A DNA stretch of 64,000 nucleotides from Leidyana gryllorum EB-2025a (Eukaryota; Protista; Apicomplexa), in NCBI GenBank assembly GCA_048772705.1, contig JBLWGC010000202.1, positions 62,001 to 126,000 on the forward strand, given 5' to 3'. Each line of letters opens with the position of its first letter. The first letter of the stretch is position 1. This document shows positions 58,719 to 64,000 of this stretch, piece after piece. The notes beneath the pieces were generated by a model. The model saw only the letters and a list, made by a program, of their open reading frames with translations, was not told where the DNA came from and did not search any database. Position numbers and translations under genes: made by a program.

Positions 58719-60060
58719 TTGTCAGCACCAAAGGTTGGGGGAGTGTGTTTGCGCACCCGTGTGCGAGCTGTAACAAGTGGCCCGCCAGTGCCGTGTAGTG
58801 ATTCCGCCGCAGTTCCCGGACACCATAGAGCAATATGTCCCGTGTCTCGCTTTCTTCAGTCCATTGTGCCCTCGTGGCCATCGGATGACTCCCGATGCAG
58901 AAATGCCTCATGAACGGCCACCGAATGCGCGCGTGTGGAAATTGACGGCACAGCTCCCACTCCGAACTTTCTCTTCAGCCCGAAAGAATACTCGCAGCAG
59001 AATAACAGTACTATTGTTTCGGAGAATCGAGGGCGACCATTCGGGCAAAGGTGTTTTTGATCACTGAGTGCGGTAACGCCCTTGCTGGGGACTTATCACA
59101 TCAGAATTCTTGTGCTGGATCATCACACTCTCCGTCAACGACGCAAGGAGGGCCTTCCACAACGCAGCAAGCGATACACATATTTAGACCCCATGGCGTC
59201 AATTTGAGCGACTTTTGTTGTGATTGTACTTTGTACGACTGCATTTGCAGTTACGAGCTCAGTCTATCTGATCTAGTTTGGAGCCAAGTATTCATCGTTT
59301 TGAGACTAGTTCCTGTCGTGCACCTCAGGTCCTCCGGAAAGAGAGGCTGGCCGCCGCCCGGAGGGAGATTCTGGTGGAGCGGATGAGTTTGGTGGGGCGG
59401 GGGAAGAATTTGCACGCGCCAACTGCTCCGTTGGTGTAGGCATCCTGCAGGAAGGGCGTACCTCTGGCTGATCATTGCCACCTGACGTTCCAGGCAGCGA
59501 ATTCTCTGACCGAAACGTTCCACGTGGCAATTCTTTGCTCCAAATTTGCGAGTCTCTGACCGTAAAGCTCCAAAGTCGCGATTCTCTGACCGAAAGGCTC
59601 CACAGTCGCAATTCTTTGCTCCACATTCGCAATCCTCTGCTCCAAAGTTGCAATTCTCTGATTGGAAGGCTCCACATTCGCGATCCTGCGAACGTTTTCC
59701 TGCATCTCCGATCTCAGATTCTGAAATCGACTGCGAAGACAATGTGTCACCTCGCCGCCATCCTCTCCGCCTCCACCAGTCCCGCAGCAGCTTCTGCACT
59801 GCTGTGCCAAAAGCTTACAAAAGAAATAGCACAGGATCGCAACTCTGGGAACAATAATGTCAATCAGATCGCAGAACTTACACATAGCTCCAAACCCTGA
59901 ACAAGAGGTCATACGCCTGCGCTTCAACCCATTCCCGGTCGATGACCGCACGGTTTCGAGAAACGCTGGGCGTACGCACAACGTAAAAGATGACCGACAG
60001 TGCCAATGCGACACCGAAAACCGCGGCCAACACTCCAAATACTCATGCTGGGCAGCTCAT
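58711..60060 (-). pseudogene. Divergent TM + heptad-repeat coiled-coil partner gene (disrupted)
   Basis: MSCPA*VFGVLAAVFGVALALSVIFYV..., a GTAAGT...CCCAG intron, QRIATLE/QRIANVE repeats; TGA at codon 6 and a frameshift near 59522. Confidence 0.55.
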
Positions 60061-60189
60061 TGAGGATCAGGAACCCTCAAAATAAAGGACTGATCTGAAC
60101 TCTGAGCAAACCACTGCCCGTGTCTCCTGTCCCATCGACTCTTGCGGCGCCCATCTGTCTCACAGAAAAGTGTGACCTCCCATCATGCG

Positions 60190-60295
60190 TCTCGAGTGGT
60201 GGCGTCCTCGAGACGTCGGTATTGAGGAACAATTTCTTAAGGAAAGGGAGGGGACAGACAGTCGGCAACGAAACAGGCCCTGCATTTTGACTCAT
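60190..60295 (-). pseudogene. Remnant of the 3' end of another F-box-like gene
   Basis: GPVSLPTVCPLPFLKKLFLNTD vs VPVALPAVCPLSLRSRVFPHSD; followed by the same intergenic motif as in the repeat units. Confidence 0.55.
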
Positions 60296-60550
60296 AAAGA
60301 AACCAACTCTTCAGTACTCCCACACACTACCCAAAGCGGCCCCACCTTGGTGCGGTGGCCATACCCAGGTCACGGTGCGTGACTCAGTGCCCAACGCCCC
60401 AAAAAGAAGTCTATTCCACATCGAGTCGGGGTGCGAGAGTACTGAAGGCAGCCGACGAGACATCTGAGCATTCAAGATTCAAGACGTGCAACCATTCCCA
60501 GGCCGCGTCCGGAGCGGAAGCAGTAAGTCAAGGGTTAATAATAGGGCCAC

Positions 60551-62597
60551 ATGTCGATAGTGGGTGTCGATTCAACTCGTTTGTGGGCTCAGGTTCTTGC
60601 ATATGTGCCGTTGCGTGAGCTGCCACGATTTGGGAGAGTATCTCGAACAGTGCGGAACAGCATTTACAACGAGTTAGTCTCGAGCAGTATTCATCTCGAG
60701 GCTTGCGTTTACCATAAGCTGCGTAAGCTACCATGGTGGCCACAATGGGTACAGCGGTCGGCCCAGGTGGTGGAGCATCTGACACTTATTGACAATTTGG
60801 TGACTCACAGTATCATTGACTTCTTTCTGGATCTGATCGACGCGGGGATGCCCGCTTTGAAAACGGCGAGACTGACACTCCTCTTCTGTCACTGTGAGGA
60901 TGTGGAGGTGTTCGAATTCCATTGCCCACTGCTGACACACCTGAATCTGGGTCACACCGCCTTTGGAGGGGACGAAAATACCCCTACTATGATAATCAAG
61001 GCTCCGAAGCTTGTGAGCCTCGTGGTTGGTTCATTCCATCTGGACTACATTGACCACTCGCTGATCACTCCGGAGGTGCGAGAAGAAGTAAAACTTTCCG
61101 ACTTCGAGGAGGATGTCGCCTTACTGATCACCGACGAGCTTCCGTATAAATGGAGGCCTTTGAACTCGACAGATCATATCGATCCTCTGACTGGGGGTGA
61201 AGGACACGCAACCTTCTGGTACACAGGAGCGTGGAAGACGAGGTCATTCTTAGACACACCACAATTCCCCGCTCCTCTCTGGTACGTTCCCTTGGCATGG
61301 GAAGAGGACTCATCGTAAGTATGACGTGATGCAGCGTCGTGGACATCCGTTGTCACTCAGAAAGCCTAAGTGCGCAGATCTCGATGTTGTTCGTCTTTGG
61401 TGGAGGACATGGAGGACTTCTCTGTCGCCATTGATCGTTCAGTCCATTAAGGAAATAAGCTCGGTTTTTGAGGAGGGATTTGACATTGCTGAACCCCCTC
61501 CTGCATGGCACGACCTCAAATCGTCCCCCAACATCACCACCGCTATTCCCGATTGGGTGACTGTCCTGCCCACCCCCTACCCGCCTGCAAGCCCAGTCGC
61601 ACAGTCCCGAATCTGCCACTGGAGGCCGTCTGCGAGCAGGGATTCAAATATGTTTCCGGTGCACACAGCTCTGACGAATCCCGACACCGCAACCAAGACT
61701 GGCGCAGCAGGCGTCGCCGCGTTGGAATGGCTTTACATCGATGCTCGAGCGGGAGAGGACCGTGTGAGACTGGTCGAAATGCACAAAGCCGAGATGTTCA
61801 GCTGGCCAGCCAGCTGTCATGTCGTTCTACGAACGACAGTGCGCAATCGGCACATCCATTGGATTGGATGGGACTCGCTGCTTGACATGGTCGGTGCCGA
61901 GTTTTTTGCAGTCCAAGACTGGGGGATCTTTGGCGCTAATCTGCTCAGGATATATCTGCTATTGTCGTCTCGACAAGCACTGGGAAAGCCAGTCGTTCGC
62001 TTTTGGTCCGGAACCACACTTGCCTTTGAGTCGCCGTGGAAGGAAGCACTTGCAGAGGCATTGATAGGGTCTTTCACCGAAGACACGTTGCTCAAAGTGT
62101 TATCTGCGATTGCCATCAGCCCCATGAAGATCAGAGCATACCAAAGGTGTAAAGACTACCACAGCATGTTGAAAATGCAGCAAACATTCTGCAAAAGAAT
62201 GTACGAGGAGCCTGTGTGGAGTTCACCGCCCCCCATACTGGGTGAGTGGGAAAAGAAGAGGGTGAATGTGTGGTACAATGACCTGCGTCATCACCTCCTC
62301 GGCGTACAAATACCGCCAATTGACGTAACCATCACTGATCCCCCCTTCAATATTGGAAAGTGTTTTCTGTCGTCACCATGGTTTCTGCGAAATCTTACGG
62401 CGAAACGGTGTGATCTGCTCCGCAGTTGGGGGGTCAGAGACTATGCAATCCCTCTCACACCGTCTGCATTCGAAAATGAGATATCGAACTTCATCTTTTC
62501 GAGGTTCGACCTACTTGAACTACTTGAAACGAAGAATGGAAACAAGAAACTGCTAAACTCGGAACTGTCAGAAGAGATTGAGGAGATCTTAGAATAG
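60551..62597 (+). CDS. Divergent F-box-like paralog (2 exons)
   Basis: RLWAQVLAYVPLRELPRFGRVSRTV F-box-like; IKAPKL, GAWKT, SPWKEALAEALIGSFTEDTL shared with copies 1-3; phase-2 intron ~61316-61360. Confidence 0.75.
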
Positions 62598-62686
62598 TGG
62601 GACGATATCTGTGACGTGTCGCTTCATCTGCCAATAGGACAGGGACTGGCAAAAGTGGAATGTCTCAGGACAATGTCTCCGATCTT

Positions 62687-64000
62687 TCAATCGGACCACA
62701 CACTACCATCGTCGGAAGCGACTTCTTGTTCTATGTAGCGAGTGTCGATGTCCCAGTCAAGCAGTGTCTGGAGATCCCCTTTCTCGGCGAGTTGTAGCAC
62801 CCATGAACCGTTTAGGTTGGCTTGACCGACCTCACAACATATTGTCCGGCGCTCAGGGACGGAGTTTACATCTGTGGCTCGCTCCAGCTTGTGATGCCAT
62901 AGCCAAAATAACTCCAACTCTCTCCCACAGAGCTGTCCTACTGGGCCGACATCGTAGTTGACGTCTGCAATGTGGATAGCGAGTCTGTCGATCACGTCAT
63001 ATAGCTGGGGATACAGCTGATCTGTGAAGATCACTTCCCATCCGATACTTCCAGCCCTGATGAATTGCAGAATATTCCGGACTGTTTCGTCAGTGTAGTC
63101 TCCAGAGACCATTTCATAAATCGCTTCGCTCCATGGGTATGGAAAGAACCCAGTGGCAAAACAGCTCAACCGAACTTTCCTCATCTTCTTGGCCTGGCAG
63201 ATGGAGCGCAGAGCCAGATAAGCCCACAGAACTCTCGAAACACAATCAAAGTAGTCATCTATAGCAACGTATTCCACTCCCAGTTTCACAATGAGAGAGA
63301 CCCACTGTTTAACCCGCACTCGGTCTGGGAGGCTGGTTCCACACAACACACCACACACATTGGACGGGATCCATGTCAATTTCTTTGTCGTATCGTCAAC
63401 GTGAGAGTGCCACTCCTCAGGGTATATCTCCCGTCGTTCCAATTATGTGGCTCCACTGCCAATCTCCTGGCTGGCTTTGATGGGAACAACTGTGATCCAA
63501 TTAGGAACTTGAGGTCTCCTACCCTCCTCCAATGGTGTGGCAAAACTTAGCCATGCCTTTGGTCGGCCGGGAGAGCTGCATGAAATAGCCGCAGGATTGG
63601 ACATTCGGTACATTATCTCCACCACATCTGAAGGTAGGCGAGAGGCAATAAAACGTTTGTACTTTGACAAATAGTCTGCTATATGATTAGGATTCCTGTG
63701 GTTCAATAACATTGGTACGTTAGCGGTGATTAACTTGCTCACTTACCCCTCAGGGCCATCGTGCTGTACTCGCAGTGGAACTGGAATAGGCAATATCACC
63801 CAAGACATCTCGTCGTCTAGTAAGCCTCCCTTGGGATGAGCGTGAACGAGGTCGGCGAAGTCCCAGTAGCGTTTGCATGGAGGCAAATCGATAACAGTGA
63901 TGCATCCCTTTTTCAACTGTTTGCTGAAAACGACGGTGAAAGTCTCGCTCATATAGAAGGACTCGTTATAAGCGATCTCTTCGAAGTTGCAATCGAAGGG
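62687..64000 (-). pseudogene. Further divergent family member, 5' end outside window, with in-frame TAA
   Basis: YPWSEAIYEMVSGDYTDETV motif; phase-2 GTAAGT...GCTAAC...CACAG intron near 63696-63746; unexplained TAA at 63443-63445. Confidence 0.6.

Larger units (their letters stand above)
50096..58852. repeat. ~3.3-kb tandem segmental repeat, ~2.65 near-identical copies
   Basis: Unit starts AGAACAGTATCATCTCACATTG at 50096, 53400 and 56714 (periods 3304 and 3314). Confidence 0.95.

Noticed and set aside
50096-58852. The 3.3-kb unit as a transposon or viral element
   Set aside because: No transposase, RT, integrase or capsid motifs and no terminal repeats; it looks like unequal-crossover tandem duplication.
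63443-63745. Stop-codon reassignment suggested by three in-frame ORFs separated by TAA
   Set aside because: One TAA lies in an intron donor, and TAA terminates many normal genes here; the other is best read as a nonsense mutation.

Overview
Very gene-dense eukaryotic DNA with short (mostly ~37-80 nt) GT-AG introns. It is most likely from an apicomplexan, possibly a gregarine-like lineage; this is inferred from Toxoplasma-type pyruvate kinases, Cryptosporidium-type 2-Cys peroxiredoxins, an ISP-like PH-fold protein and UNC-45. 1-49 kb is mainly housekeeping genes: a bacterial-like Gfo/Idh/MocA (YdgJ-type) oxidoreductase, 2 peroxiredoxins, 2 tandem pyruvate kinases, RPA70, an OSCA/TMEM63 channel, UNC-45, ORC4-like, an expansin/GH45-like surface protein, galactokinase, PITH, an RRM protein, TRM82, DBP9, WDR55, NagA and the Pol I largest subunit. 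Many are only 15-50 bp apart. Two accessory regions stand out. (i) 19.5-21.15 kb is gene-free and contains what appear to be three nested, truncated 5' ends of LTR retrotransposons, each with TGTT...AACA termini, a terminal hairpin (clear in two of the three) and a tRNA-Ser primer-binding site. (ii) 49-64 kb is a birth-and-death cluster of two-exon F-box-like genes with an unrecognised conserved C-terminal domain: a 3.3-kb tandem triplication, divergent paralogs, pseudogene fragments and a decayed TM/coiled-coil partner gene. All gene models and family calls were made by eye from motifs; no database searches were run.
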